A DNA stretch of 64,000 nucleotides from positions 293,793-357,792 of the forward strand of contig CAWCAW010000004.1 in assembly GCA_963793645.1 (NCBI GenBank). Direction: 5' to 3'. The notes under the pieces are model-generated. The model was not told the DNA's origin. It saw only the letters and a program-made list of their open reading frames with translations, and made no database searches. A program made the position numbers and the translations under genes. The number at the start of each line of letters is the position of its first letter. Position 1 is the stretch's first letter. This document shows positions 37,320 to 49,461 of the stretch, in pieces. This stretch comes from an uncultured Acidimicrobiaceae bacterium (GTDB lineage: Bacteria; Actinomycetota; Acidimicrobiia; Acidimicrobiales; UBA8190).

Positions 37320-40205
37320 CAGGATGTGCCGCCGGAGCCGGAGACGAAGTGGTACGAGCCGGCGCCGACCCGCAAGACGGTCCGTCGGGCGCCTTTGGCA
37401 ATGACGCCAACGCCCGGGGCTTTGTCGACGGGCACCCCACTCTCGGTCAGCGCGGGCTGTTGACGCCACGGGGACGTGCAGCGTCGCCGTCGCATTGGCC
37501 GGCACAGTGACGTCCAACTCGTAACTCCCCGCCGTCCCCGGTCGCCGCCACGACACCCCGATGGTGCCGCGCAGGGTCGGTACCGTGCCGTTGGCCCACT
37601 CCAGCACCGTCTTCGGAGGCGTCACGTCGAAGGTTGCGAACCCCGGGCTCGTCGGACGCACGCCCAGCAGGTATTGCTGAAGAGCGACGAGCACGTTCGA
37701 ACCCCACCCGTGCGACATGCTGTCGCCGTTCATGTCCGATGGTTGCCACACCTCCCAGGTGAAGGTGGCCCCACGCGCCAAGATGTTGGCCCACCCGTTG
37801 TGGGTCGTGTCCGTCAACAGCGCCATGAGATCGTCCTCCCGACCGTTGTCGGCCAGGGCACGAAGGACATCGAGCGCCGTCTGGGGCTCGACACTCATAC
37901 CGAGCGACGCCACATGGGCGGCGACGGCCTTCCGGTACTGGGACGGGACAATCGAGTACGTCAATGCGCAGGCGTTGGGGTCCTGGGTCGCCGATGACGT
38001 TGGCGATCCGTTCGACTGGATACCGTCCACGTAGATCCCGTCCGCGCGGGTGAGCGACGAGTTGATGGCATCGAGGAGGGATCGCTGCCGGCGACGCTGC
38101 TTGGAGACCTCGGACTTGGGGCGGCCGAGGACCGTGGCGATGTCGGCCACCCGACGAAACACGTTGTATGCCAACACGTTGATCCGCGTCGCCACTGGGA
38201 ACGCATAGTCAGGCACTTCCGTCGACGGAAGCCGAGTCACCAGGCCCGTGGATGACACGATGGCTCGATTCACGTACTCCGCCACATTTTTCAGAACGGG
38301 GTACACGGCACCCAACACGGTGATGTCTCCCGTGTTCATCCAGTACTGCCAGACCCATTCGGGATAGATCTCGGTGTACTCGTTGATGTCTTCCGCACCG
38401 AGCCCGGTTGGGTAGATCTTGTTGACGGCACCGCTGGGCCAATACCGGGCCTGCGACGCCGCGAACTCCAGCAGTGATTTGCGCGTCAGGTTTTGCTCAC
38501 CGAAGGCAACCATGGTCGTTTGGGACTCGTTGAATCCGTCCCACAGCCACGGCCCTTTCTCTCGCGTCGGGGTGTCGATGAATTGCTCCTGGGCGGTGAA
38601 CAAGGCTGAGTGCCGACTCAACGCAAAGATGTCGTTGATGGTCGTGTTCGAGCAGCTGAAGGCGGCGGCGTTTTCATCGGGCACGATGGTGTGCCGTGTC
38701 AGGGCAACAAAATCCTCCGCCGTCAGTGCCTCTCCGGGGTCATCGACTTGAAAGTAACGAAACCCGAGAAAATCGAAGGGATGAAAGGTCTCGGTTCCCC
38801 CCCGCTGGATGTACGAATAGCTCATGTTCGTATGTTGCGTGCCGTGCTGGATCGAGACCTGGCCCGGCTCTCCCACGTAGAACCGGCCGGGTTGACCATC
38901 GAGCAGGTACCCCGCTCGCATGTTGATGAGCCGACCAGCGACACCGCTGTGAAATGTCACCGTTGGCACGGCCGCGTACACCTTGCCGAAATCGGCCACC
39001 ATCGCTCCGGACGCGAGCGTCGTCACCGAGACGGCGCTGACCGGGGTCTCCGATATCCGGGTGCGGACCGATATGAGGCTCGTCCACGGTTTGGCTCCCG
39101 CCGGCCCGGCCACAGTGGCCGGCTGCCAGGCGCTGGCGTCGAAGCTCGGTGTGTCCCACCCCACTGGAATGGCGGGCCCGTCGATGTTCTCGGTGTAGTC
39201 GACCAGGTCCCCTTCGATGTCACGCTCGGTCCCCGGCAACCAGGCCCCCGCCAAGACGCTCCATGATCCGTCGGTGGTGATAAACTCCGCGGTGCCGTCC
39301 TCGTGCTGCACCGAGATCTGCGCAATGACTCCGGGAACCCCGGCCGGATGGCCTTTGGTCGGACCTTGCCAGTTGTAGAGCAACCCGGCTGCGTTCGGCG
39401 CCCCAGCCTGGAGCACGGCCGTCACATCGAGAGTCTCGTAGTACATGGCGTCCGGGTAGCTGTAGGCCTGGCCCTTGCCGACACGTGCGCCGTTGAAATA
39501 CATCTCGTATTGCTGGTCCCCCGAGACGTAGGCGCGGGCCCGGACGATGGGTGATCCGCCGAGCGTGAAGACTTTGCGGGCGTAGGCGTACTGGTCCGGG
39601 GCGATCGCCACATCGACGGGCCGACTGATCCAACTGGCGTGCCAGTCGCCGTCTTGCAGACCCGTCTCGAATGTCCCCGCCGGGGCCAGAGGGCTGGGCG
39701 TGCCGTCTTGGTCCCACGTCTGCACTGTCCATTGGTAGGGCGTGTCCGACGCCAGAGGAGGACCGCCATAGGGGATGAAGCTCTGCGTGGAACTGGCCAC
39801 CCGGCCCGTGTCCCACAGGGCGCTGGCGCTTCCCTTGTTCAGCCCGGTCAGCGGCGGCTTTGTCACCACGATCCGGTAAGCCTCTTGCACGGCGCCACGG
39901 CGGAGATCGTTGACCTGCCAACCGAAATGGATGTCGTAGGCGCTCAGTCCGATCGGCGCCGCCAGCCCGTCCACGGTCAGGGCATGGGGTGCCGATGCCG
40001 CGCCCCCCGTATCGGCCGGCTCGACGATCGAACTCTCAGACCCTGTGATGCGATCCGAGTCGAGGATCGCCGACGGACCCGAGGCGTTCGAGCCCCCCGG
40101 GGGTCGAAATGCCACAACACCGGCGGCACCGACGACACCACCTTTGAGCACTTGTCGCCGGCTGACCACGCCGTGCTGCGACCTGTCAACGACGTCCTCG
40201 GGCAC
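37319..40205 (-). pseudogene. TAT-exported alpha-L-rhamnosidase (GH78-like), frame broken by an apparent +1 nt near 37451
   Basis: TAT signal ...VSRRQVLKGG... GH78-like N-terminus ...PIGLSAYDIHFGWQV...QEAYRIVV...TPYQWTVQTWD...ARAYVSGDQQYEMYFNG... After ...LHVPVASTAR the track frame turns Arg-rich. Skipping one base gives LTESGVPVDKAPGVGVIAKGARRTVLRVGAGSYHFVSGSGGTS*, with the stop at 37319-37321. Confidence 0.8.
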
Positions 40206-40329
40206 CGGGCAGACACACTACGACGATTTGCGCCACGAGAAGCAGGGACTCGGGCCGGTCGTGGCACCTCTACCGGTACCATGTGATCAGCGTGTCGGCT
40301 CCTCGCAATCTTGCTCTCCGGCGGCCATC

Positions 40330-40668
40330 GTGACGGCGGTAGTGGCCCTTGTCCCGGACCTCATGGACCGTTCACGCCTGGAGGCGGCGGGTCGCGCTGT
40401 CGGCACATCCGTGGTTTTCGTCAATGATCCGTTAGAAGTGCCGGCCGCCGTTGCGTCGGGAGATGCATCGGTCGTCGTCGTTGACCTGTCCGCGCCCGGC
40501 GCCCTCGAGGCCCTGGCGCTAGCCGGAACCATGCGCACGATCGGGTTCTGCAGCCACGTCAATCGCGACCTGCTTCAGCGTGCCAAGGACGCCGGCTGCG
40601 ACGAGGTCCTGGCTCGGTCTGTCATGTTCCGACATCTAGACGAGCTGTTGAGCGCCCGCCCCGGCTAA
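40330..40668 (+). CDS. small hypothetical protein (CheY/flavodoxin-like fold guessed), start uncertain
   Basis: ...VVALVPDLMDRSRLEAAG...VVVVDLSAPGALEAL...IGFCSHVNRDLLQRAKDAGCDEVLARS... has alternating beta/alpha character. GTG 40330 is proposed as the start; the upstream part of the track ORF looks non-coding. Confidence 0.45.
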   Translation: MTAVVALVPDLMDRSRLEAAGRAVGTSVVFVNDPLEVPAAVASGDASVVVVDLSAPGALEALALAGTMRTIGFCSHVNRDLLQRAKDAGCDEVLARSVMFRHLDELLSARPG

Positions 40669-40947
40669 ACACGACGCGCAATGATGCCGTCGTGACCGAG
40701 CGCCCATTACCTCCTCAGCGAGGCTGGCATCTCGAGCGGCTTGACCTTCCCTTGGACAACCGTCCGCATGACTCCTAATGAGATCTGCGATGACTCGCTG
40801 GGTGGGTCATCCACACCGTAACGCCCGCGTGCTGATACGACGCGGGCCCCAGAACGGCGTTAAGCAGTACCGCGACCGCCTGAGGATCATCGCCGCTCTG
40901 CTGCACCACTTGCGGGAAGAGCCCGATGAAAGACCGGACTGAGCCGG

Positions 40948-42084
40948 CTACTTCGTCAGCAGCATCCCGACGTTGTCGCCAAAAAGCCCGGAGGCTTGCT
41001 CGGGCGTGGTGCCACCGCGGGCGTAATCCTCGATCGGTGTTGCTGTTCCCTCGGAATGGGGATAGTCGCTACAACACATGTAGAGGTCATCGGATTTGGC
41101 GGCCAGGCGACCCGGCTGCTCGTAGGAGAACGACGACACGCGCACTTGGCGACGGAAGTACTCACTCGGACGCATGTCGATCGGTGACAACGCGGCACCG
41201 TTGAGTCTGGTGGTGAAATCCCAACCTCCATCGAGCATCATGAGGTACTGAGGTACCCAGACGGAGGACAGCTCGACGATCCCGATGTGCAACTCCGGGT
41301 AGCGGGCCAGGGTGCCATTGACGATGAGGTCGGTAATGGCAACCGCGGGCGGGACCCACAAGAAGACAGACTCGAGCACAGGCACGAAGCTCTCTTCGGG
41401 ATCGGTGTAGAAGGCTTCATCGAGCAGGCGCGGTTGGTCGGCCACGTGGAACACCGGGGTCACCCCGTGGCGGACGAATGCCCTCCAGATGCGGTCATGG
41501 TTGGGGTGCGACAGTGGCCGCCCGTCCACAGCGGCGGGAGCGATCATGGCCAGGCGCACGCCGGCCGCTTCCAGCGCCACCAGTTGGTCTTCGAGCCACT
41601 CCGGATCGCGCATGGTCAGGTGCGCCACCGGGTGAAGGCGTGCCTTGCTGTCGGTGACCACCGTCGCGCACCAGCGGTTCCAGGCCCCCATGTTCGCCGT
41701 CAGCGCGGGGAGGCAATCAGATAGCCGGCGTTCCCACAACAACCCGAAGTTCGGGAACACCACCGCTTGGTCGAAACCCATGGCGGCGATGCGATCGGCC
41801 CGGGCCGCCGGTTCCCAATAGTCGGTAGGCAATGTCTCGTCGTAGGAGTACTCCGGGGGCAGGCCCTGCAGCTTCCTTTGGCGCTGGCGCCCCAACGTGG
41901 CCGTGTCGCCGGGAGCCTGCACGTCGGCGACATCGAGCGAACGGTCTCGCCATCTGAGCCACGGGTAACCCAGATCGTCGTCCACGATGGCGAGGGCTTC
42001 GTCTCGATAGGCGGGGTCGATGTAATCGGCCCACAGGGCGCGACTCTCATAGAGGTGCTGGTCCGAGTCGATGATCGTCACCAC
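40948..42084 (-). CDS. amidohydrolase-2-like metal-dependent hydrolase
   Basis: (GTG) VVTIIDSDQHLYE...FPNFGLLWER...CCSDYPHSEG... GAGGAGGG lies 4 nt upstream of GTG 42084. Paralogue of 28479..29918. Confidence 0.8.
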   Translation of the reverse strand: MVTIIDSDQHLYESRALWADYIDPAYRDEALAIVDDDLGYPWLRWRDRSLDVADVQAPGDTATLGRQRQRKLQGLPPEYSYDETLPTDYWEPAARADRIAAMGFDQAVVFPNFGLLWERRLSDCLPALTANMGAWNRWCATVVTDSKARLHPVAHLTMRDPEWLEDQLVALEAAGVRLAMIAPAAVDGRPLSHPNHDRIWRAFVRHGVTPVFHVADQPRLLDEAFYTDPEESFVPVLESVFLWVPPAVAITDLIVNGTLARYPELHIGIVELSSVWVPQYLMMLDGGWDFTTRLNGAALSPIDMRPSEYFRRQVRVSSFSYEQPGRLAAKSDDLYMCCSDYPHSEGTATPIEDYARGGTTPEQASGLFGDNVGMLLTK

Positions 42085-42240
42085 GCGTCCCTCCTCGGGA
42101 CCGCCGCATTCCCCCACGGGCGGCGCATCCCACCTCAAGTCAGTATCGCCGATCGTCGCCGACGAGGTCAGAGATGTCGGACCGTGGTGGCCAGACCACC
42201 ATTAGTGGTGGCGCTGGAGGGCTGGCTCTCGGCTGGACCG

Positions 42241-43032
42241 TCAGGGGCGACTGGCGCGCAAGGAGAACAGAGCCGGTAACGAATCGTGGGGTGCTCGCCA
42301 CCAACCGGCGTCGTCCGACACCATCCAGGGCCGGACGCGTTCGGGGGCGGCCGGATGCTCATGGAGGAATTCGATGGTGAGCCCGGCGCTGATCAAGGCG
42401 CTGACAATGTCCCCGAGCGGGTGGTGCCACTGATACGAGCGGTGCGCCACCGTGGCCCCTGGTTGCGCGTAGGTGCCTGGGGACTTCCACTCCCCGGGCT
42501 GATCGACAGTGAAGTACGACTCCTCGAAGGCAGGTTGCGCCGTATCGGCGAAGGTCTGCATAACGGGGTGGAACTCCACGATGTAGAAGAAGCCACCGAC
42601 ACCCACGAAATGCGCCACCACTTCCGCCCACGCAGTGAGATCGGGAAGCCAGGCGAGGGCGCCGATGGATGTGAAGACGATGTCGAAGGTGGAATCGATC
42701 TGGTCCGGCGCGTCGTACAGATTGGCGCACTGGAAAGTGGCTTCGATACCGAGCTCAGCAGCCAGATCCCGGGCCACTTCGATCGATCTCGGTGACAAGT
42801 CACACCCCGTGACGCGGGCACCGCCATGGCGCGCCCACGACAGCGTGTCGAGCCCGAAATGACATTGCAGATGGAGCAGTGACTTGCCGGCCACGTCGCC
42901 CACCTCCAGCACCTCGATGGGGCGAAGCGACGACCGGCCCGCCTTGAACCCATCGACGTCGTAGAAGCTCGACGCCACGTGAATCGGCGTCAGCTCGTCC
43001 CACAACGCTCGATTCCCCTCGATCGGTTCCAT
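42241..43032 (-). CDS. class I SAM-dependent methyltransferase
   Basis: ...KSLLHLQCHFGLDTLSWARHGGARVTGCDLSPRSIEVAR... (motif I / post-I) ...FDIVFTSIGAL... Confidence 0.85.
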   Translation of the reverse strand: MEPIEGNRALWDELTPIHVASSFYDVDGFKAGRSSLRPIEVLEVGDVAGKSLLHLQCHFGLDTLSWARHGGARVTGCDLSPRSIEVARDLAAELGIEATFQCANLYDAPDQIDSTFDIVFTSIGALAWLPDLTAWAEVVAHFVGVGGFFYIVEFHPVMQTFADTAQPAFEESYFTVDQPGEWKSPGTYAQPGATVAHRSYQWHHPLGDIVSALISAGLTIEFLHEHPAAPERVRPWMVSDDAGWWRAPHDSLPALFSLRASRP

Positions 43033-43193
43033 CGGACTCCATCATCGTGCGACATCGGGGCGGTTGACCCCACCACAACCAGGTCCCGCCCTTGTGGACC
43101 CTGATCTCCGAATAAGTGCTGGTCACGGCGGTGGTGGCCGTGCTCACCCCAGCTCGCTTTAAGGCCGGGTGCGCAGATTCCGATATTGCTCCC

Positions 43194-44237
43194 ATGACCG
43201 TCCGCGCCTCGCGCACCAGCCAGGCGCACACCCGCATCGTGACCGGCGCCGAGGAGATCGGCGCCCAGCCGTCCGACGCCGTACCCATCGGGGGGTCGAA
43301 GTCGACCCGCACCGATGAACCCCGGGGGGGCGGCGTCAGTCTCGAGCGACGCCAGCTTGCGCTGCGGATGGAGGAGCACGAGCTCGACGTGTGGACTCAG
43401 TGTGCCTCCGCCGCTTCGGGACTGTTCGGCAATCCCCTCGGTGTCGCCGTCGAACGTCGCGCTGCCCTTACCTTCGTTGCCCTCCGCGCCGCGGACCGTT
43501 CCACACTCAATCGGGTCTTGGCTCTCGGCGTGCGTGCGCCCGCACAGCTCGACGATGTCGACGCTATGTGCTCTTTCTACCGCGCCCATGGCCAGCAGAA
43601 CTTCCGAGTCGAGGTGACACCGCTGGCTCGGCCCGCAATCCAGTTGGGCGAGTGGCTCGTGGAAAAAGGCCTGCATCGCGAGACAACGGAGACCTTCAAG
43701 GTGTGGCGCCCGATTGCCTCTCCCCCGCCGATTCCCGACAACATCGACGTGCGAAGGCTTGATCAGTCCCACACCAATGCGATCATGGCGTTGAATTTGG
43801 CGGCATGGGGGGCCTGGGACCGACCCGTCGTGGCGGCTTGGTTCGGCGCCACGGTAGGACGCAACAGCATCCACCATTACGGGGTTTTCGATGGCAATCG
43901 CCTCGTCGCCACCGGAGCCCTGTTCGTCGGCGATGGACTCGGCTGGGTCGGCTTCGACGCCACCCATCCCCGCTACCGAGGCCGAGGGCTACGCAAGGCG
44001 ATCTCATCGGCTCGTATGGCAGACGCGGCCGACCAGGGTTGCCAGGTCATCCATGCCGAAAGTGCAGTCAAACCCACCCATCGGGCCATCGAAGATCGTT
44101 GGCAGATCCTCTATACGAAGATCCACTACGCATCGGCGAGCGCCGATCAATGGGCGGATTCCCCCGGCGAGGCAGTGGACCACCCTGTCGCCTCACCCAC
44201 GCCAGCACCAAATCTTTCCAGGAGGAACGCGAGCTGA
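43194..44237 (+). CDS. GNAT-family N-acetyltransferase (start uncertain: 43194 or 43368)
   Basis: C-terminal GNAT core ...GVFDGNRLVATGALFVGDGLGWVGFDATHPRYRGRGLRKAISSARM... (R/Q-x-x-G-x-G/A motif). Confidence 0.7.
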   Translation: MTVRASRTSQAHTRIVTGAEEIGAQPSDAVPIGGSKSTRTDEPRGGGVSLERRQLALRMEEHELDVWTQCASAASGLFGNPLGVAVERRAALTFVALRAADRSTLNRVLALGVRAPAQLDDVDAMCSFYRAHGQQNFRVEVTPLARPAIQLGEWLVEKGLHRETTETFKVWRPIASPPPIPDNIDVRRLDQSHTNAIMALNLAAWGAWDRPVVAAWFGATVGRNSIHHYGVFDGNRLVATGALFVGDGLGWVGFDATHPRYRGRGLRKAISSARMADAADQGCQVIHAESAVKPTHRAIEDRWQILYTKIHYASASADQWADSPGEAVDHPVASPTPAPNLSRRNAS

Positions 44238-45604
44238 CCGAGTCCCCGTACGACGACGGGTTGCATCGCCTGCACCGCGCCGATGTGGCGGGCGGGATCT
44301 TCTCGCACGCCCGCAGACTGCGGTGGTCAGCCCCACGCCTACAGGTCGAACGCGAAACACGCCTGCGCGAGCTGTTGGCGTGGGCCGCCGAACGTTCGCC
44401 CTTTCATGGCGAACGCCTCCGAGGAATCGACTTCACGCACTTCACCGAGGCGCAACTGAGCTCGCTGGCGCCGATGACCAAAGACGATCTCATGTCGGAG
44501 TTCGACTCGATCGTCACTGATCCGCAATTGACCCTCGATGTCGTAGAGCATCACGTTGCGCACACCCCGGATTCATATTTGTGCAACCGCTTCCGAGCCG
44601 TGACGTCATCGGGGTCGAGCGGGCGACGGGGCGTCTTTGTGTACGACTGGGGCGAGTGGACGACGTTGGCACTCATGCAGAGTCGGTCGCGCCTGGGAAC
44701 ACTCGACGAGACGTCTCGACCGTCGGGCCGGGCGACGGCCAGCCTTTTTGCCGGAGACGGGGCCCACCTCTCCAAGCAAGTTCGTTCCGTGCTCGACGAC
44801 CCCGATGATCCCATGCACCACTTTCCGATGACGCTCCCGGTCGACGAGTTGGTCCGAGGCCTTAATGCGGTCCAACCGGAATTGGTCATGGGCTACCCAT
44901 CCGCGCTCGAGTTGATCGTGCACGAGGCCCAGGAGGGCAGGCTGCGGATCGCCCCGACCCATATCGAGACCGGGGGCGAACTGCTCATGGAGACAACCCG
45001 AGCGGCCGTTCGAGAACTGTGGGGCGTCGAGATAGACGATTGCTGGGCCGTCGTCGAGGGAGCCTTTGCCTTCCCCTGTCGCGTTGGAATCTCCATGCAC
45101 CTACCTGACGACCTCGTCATCGTGGAGCCGGTGGACCTCGACGGCCACCCCGTCTCGCCTGGCGAGCCGGCCGCCAAGATCTACCTCACTAATCTCTACA
45201 ACCTCACCCAACCCCTTATTCGATTCGAGATCACCGACGGTCTGACCCTGCTCGACGACGCCTGCCTATGCGGCTCGGCACATCGGCGCATCTCCAACCT
45301 CACCGGCCGTGCCGACAACGTGTTCGAGTACGAACACAAGGTGAAGGTCCAGCCCATGGCTTTTCGATTGGAGTTCCATGAGCTACGCCATGTGGTCGAG
45401 TACCAGGTTCGTCAAACACCGCGGGGGGTGACGATCCGAGTGGTCACCGACCAACCCGAAGGCCTCGCACTGGTGCGAGACCTCGCCCTCCATACATTGC
45501 GGCGAGCGGGACTTGTCGATCCTGACGTCACCGTCGAGCCGGTGGCCCACCTTGAACGGCAAGACTCCGGCAAGCTCCGTCAGTTCGTCGCCCTGTCGCG
45601 ATGA
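44234..45604 (+). CDS. PaaK/CapK-like adenylate-forming enzyme (phenylacetate-CoA ligase / F390-synthetase family)
   Basis: ...FRAVTSSGSSGRRGVFVYD... (P-loop-like AMP motif) ...ETGGELL...YNLTQPLIRFEITD... AGGAGG at 44220-44225. Start is CTG 44234, TTG 44261 or GTG 44285, not resolved. Confidence 0.75.
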   Translation: MTESPYDDGLHRLHRADVAGGIFSHARRLRWSAPRLQVERETRLRELLAWAAERSPFHGERLRGIDFTHFTEAQLSSLAPMTKDDLMSEFDSIVTDPQLTLDVVEHHVAHTPDSYLCNRFRAVTSSGSSGRRGVFVYDWGEWTTLALMQSRSRLGTLDETSRPSGRATASLFAGDGAHLSKQVRSVLDDPDDPMHHFPMTLPVDELVRGLNAVQPELVMGYPSALELIVHEAQEGRLRIAPTHIETGGELLMETTRAAVRELWGVEIDDCWAVVEGAFAFPCRVGISMHLPDDLVIVEPVDLDGHPVSPGEPAAKIYLTNLYNLTQPLIRFEITDGLTLLDDACLCGSAHRRISNLTGRADNVFEYEHKVKVQPMAFRLEFHELRHVVEYQVRQTPRGVTIRVVTDQPEGLALVRDLALHTLRRAGLVDPDVTVEPVAHLERQDSGKLRQFVALSR

Positions 45605-45622
45605 CGCGGCGCCCGCGCAGCG

Positions 45623-46336
45623 CTACTGCGGGTCCAAGAACCTGTCAAACCAACCCAGGCTCCGGCCCCATGCATCGAGGGCCGAGGCCTGGTGGTACGA
45701 ATCTCGCACGTCGCAGTGAAATCCGTGTCCTGCCTCGGGATACCGCACGATCTCGGCGGGCACGGGCGCGCCGACGACCGCGGCGCCCAGAGACTCCACC
45801 TGATCGACAGGTATGCCCTGGTCCAGATCACCAAAGAGACCGAGCCACGGCGTCTTGAGCTCGCCGGCCAAGTCGATGAGCGACGGAAACCCGAAACGTC
45901 CCTCTGTGACTCCACCGCCGTAGAAGGTCACCGCCGCGCCGATGGCACGCTGTGCCGCTACGACAAAGGCCACCGTGCCGCCCATGCAGAAACCAACCAC
46001 TCCCGTCTGGGCCGCCTCGGTCCCCGTCGAGGCCAGGTAGTCCAGCGTGGCATCGAGATCGGCGAACAGGCCCGGCCCCGTCAACGCTTGGATGTGTGGC
46101 ATCACGGCCGCGATGTCGGAATAGTCGACGATCGGGTCCCCGCTGCGGTGAAAGAGGTGGGGAGCCGCGGCTCGGTACCCCTCCGCCGCGAACCGTCGGC
46201 ACACCGATTCGATGTGCTCGTTCACCCCGAAGGCCTCCTGCACCACGATCACCGCACCACGGACGGACCCCTCAGGTTCAGCCTCGTACATGGCCATGGT
46301 CCCGTCGTGGACGTCCAGTGTGACCGTTCTCGTCAT
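45623..46336 (-). CDS. dienelactone hydrolase family protein
   Basis: ...GAVIVVQEAFGVNEHI...VVGFCMGG... (nucleophile elbow with Cys) ...YPEAGHGFHCD... Confidence 0.85.
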   Translation of the reverse strand: MTRTVTLDVHDGTMAMYEAEPEGSVRGAVIVVQEAFGVNEHIESVCRRFAAEGYRAAAPHLFHRSGDPIVDYSDIAAVMPHIQALTGPGLFADLDATLDYLASTGTEAAQTGVVGFCMGGTVAFVVAAQRAIGAAVTFYGGGVTEGRFGFPSLIDLAGELKTPWLGLFGDLDQGIPVDQVESLGAAVVGAPVPAEIVRYPEAGHGFHCDVRDSYHQASALDAWGRSLGWFDRFLDPQ

Positions 46337-46453
46337 CGCCACTCCCTGCTCGAGTCGGGCCCTGCTCGTGGCGGCGTCCCGGCGCGCCAGCCACAGAGCA
46401 ATGTTGGGAACCCGTGGTGACACTTCCCCACACCCAGATGCACGAACCGTGAT

Positions 46454-46476
46454 TAGTTACCTGTATCATATAACTA
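46454..46476. promoter_or_regulatory. inverted repeat TAGTTA-N11-TAACTA, candidate MarR operator
   Basis: Sits in the locally AT-rich 188-nt divergent region between the DLH gene (start 46336) and the MarR gene (start 46525). Confidence 0.4.
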
Positions 46477-46524
46477 TCTTCCGCAAGAGCTCGATCAGCG
46501 GGCTCGATCAGTGGGAATCGACCA

Positions 46525-48583
<2,059 letters not shown>

Positions 48584-48607
48584 CTGTCCGAGGCCGCCTC
48601 TGTCCTG

Positions 48608-49291
48608 CTAGTCCATCGTCCAGCCGAAACGCTCTCGAACCTGCGCCACAGTCTCTTGGCGACGGCCTCCGGCGATCAGCTGGCGCAAAGCGACGCCCTC
48701 CCCGTAGAAATCAGAGTCGTCGACCCGGATGTCCAAGGCGCCCAGATATTCCACGAGCAGCGACCGATCGAAACGACACTTGATTCGACGGGCCAAGTAG
48801 CGATCGGCGTGCTCAAAGGGTTGCACGGTGCCCGAGGACTGCCAACGCCACCCCTCCTCTCGTCGGTGGGCCGAGATCACGCGCAAGTAGCCCAAAGGCG
48901 GAGCCCCGGTGGGGCCAAGCAGACCGAAACGAGTGGAACAGTGTCCCGGCCCAAAGAGGGGCACGTGGTGGGCCATGACACATTGGCAAGACAGCGTCCT
49001 GGTCAGATAAGGAGCCGCTCCGGTGGGATCACCGCCATCGATCCCGTTGTTGAGATAACAGGTCCACGGGCCACAGTCGATGAGCAGCTCCGTGGTCCAG
49101 GGCGCCTCCAAAGGATCGAGCGACTGCACTGAGCTCGGAAATCGCAGTGCGTCGTCGGTCTCGATGACCTGACCGAGGCTGTCGACGCGACACGCCGTCA
49201 GCGCGTCGCGCACTTCTGGGAGCGGGCGGTCCAAAAACGCAACAGCGAGGCCCAACGGTGAAAGCGAACCGCCGAGGAAGTATGCCGACAT
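48608..49291 (-). CDS. hypothetical cytoplasmic protein (227 aa), no family recognised
   Basis: Balanced, coding-like composition with an ATG start. Convergent with the MFS gene. Confidence 0.55.
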   Translation of the reverse strand: MSAYFLGGSLSPLGLAVAFLDRPLPEVRDALTACRVDSLGQVIETDDALRFPSSVQSLDPLEAPWTTELLIDCGPWTCYLNNGIDGGDPTGAAPYLTRTLSCQCVMAHHVPLFGPGHCSTRFGLLGPTGAPPLGYLRVISAHRREEGWRWQSSGTVQPFEHADRYLARRIKCRFDRSLLVEYLGALDIRVDDSDFYGEGVALRQLIAGGRRQETVAQVRERFGWTMD

Positions 49292-49461
49292 GACTCACAT
49301 CTGCTGTGGGGGCGCGTCGAACAGAGCTACCCCGATCGATTCATTGCGCTTTTGTTGTCAAAAAGCGGCGTCTGTGTCGCACGCCCAGCGACGACGATAC
49401 GCCAGTGAACGTGAGGAAAACAGCGTGGTACTACCTATTCCAAGCGACGATTGGACCTACA

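Noticed and set aside
37685-37705. tRNA-like T-loop string GTTCGAACCCC
   Set aside because: It lies inside the rhamnosidase coding frame, lacks the preceding GG, and has no acceptor or anticodon stems. No tRNA is supported anywhere in the window.
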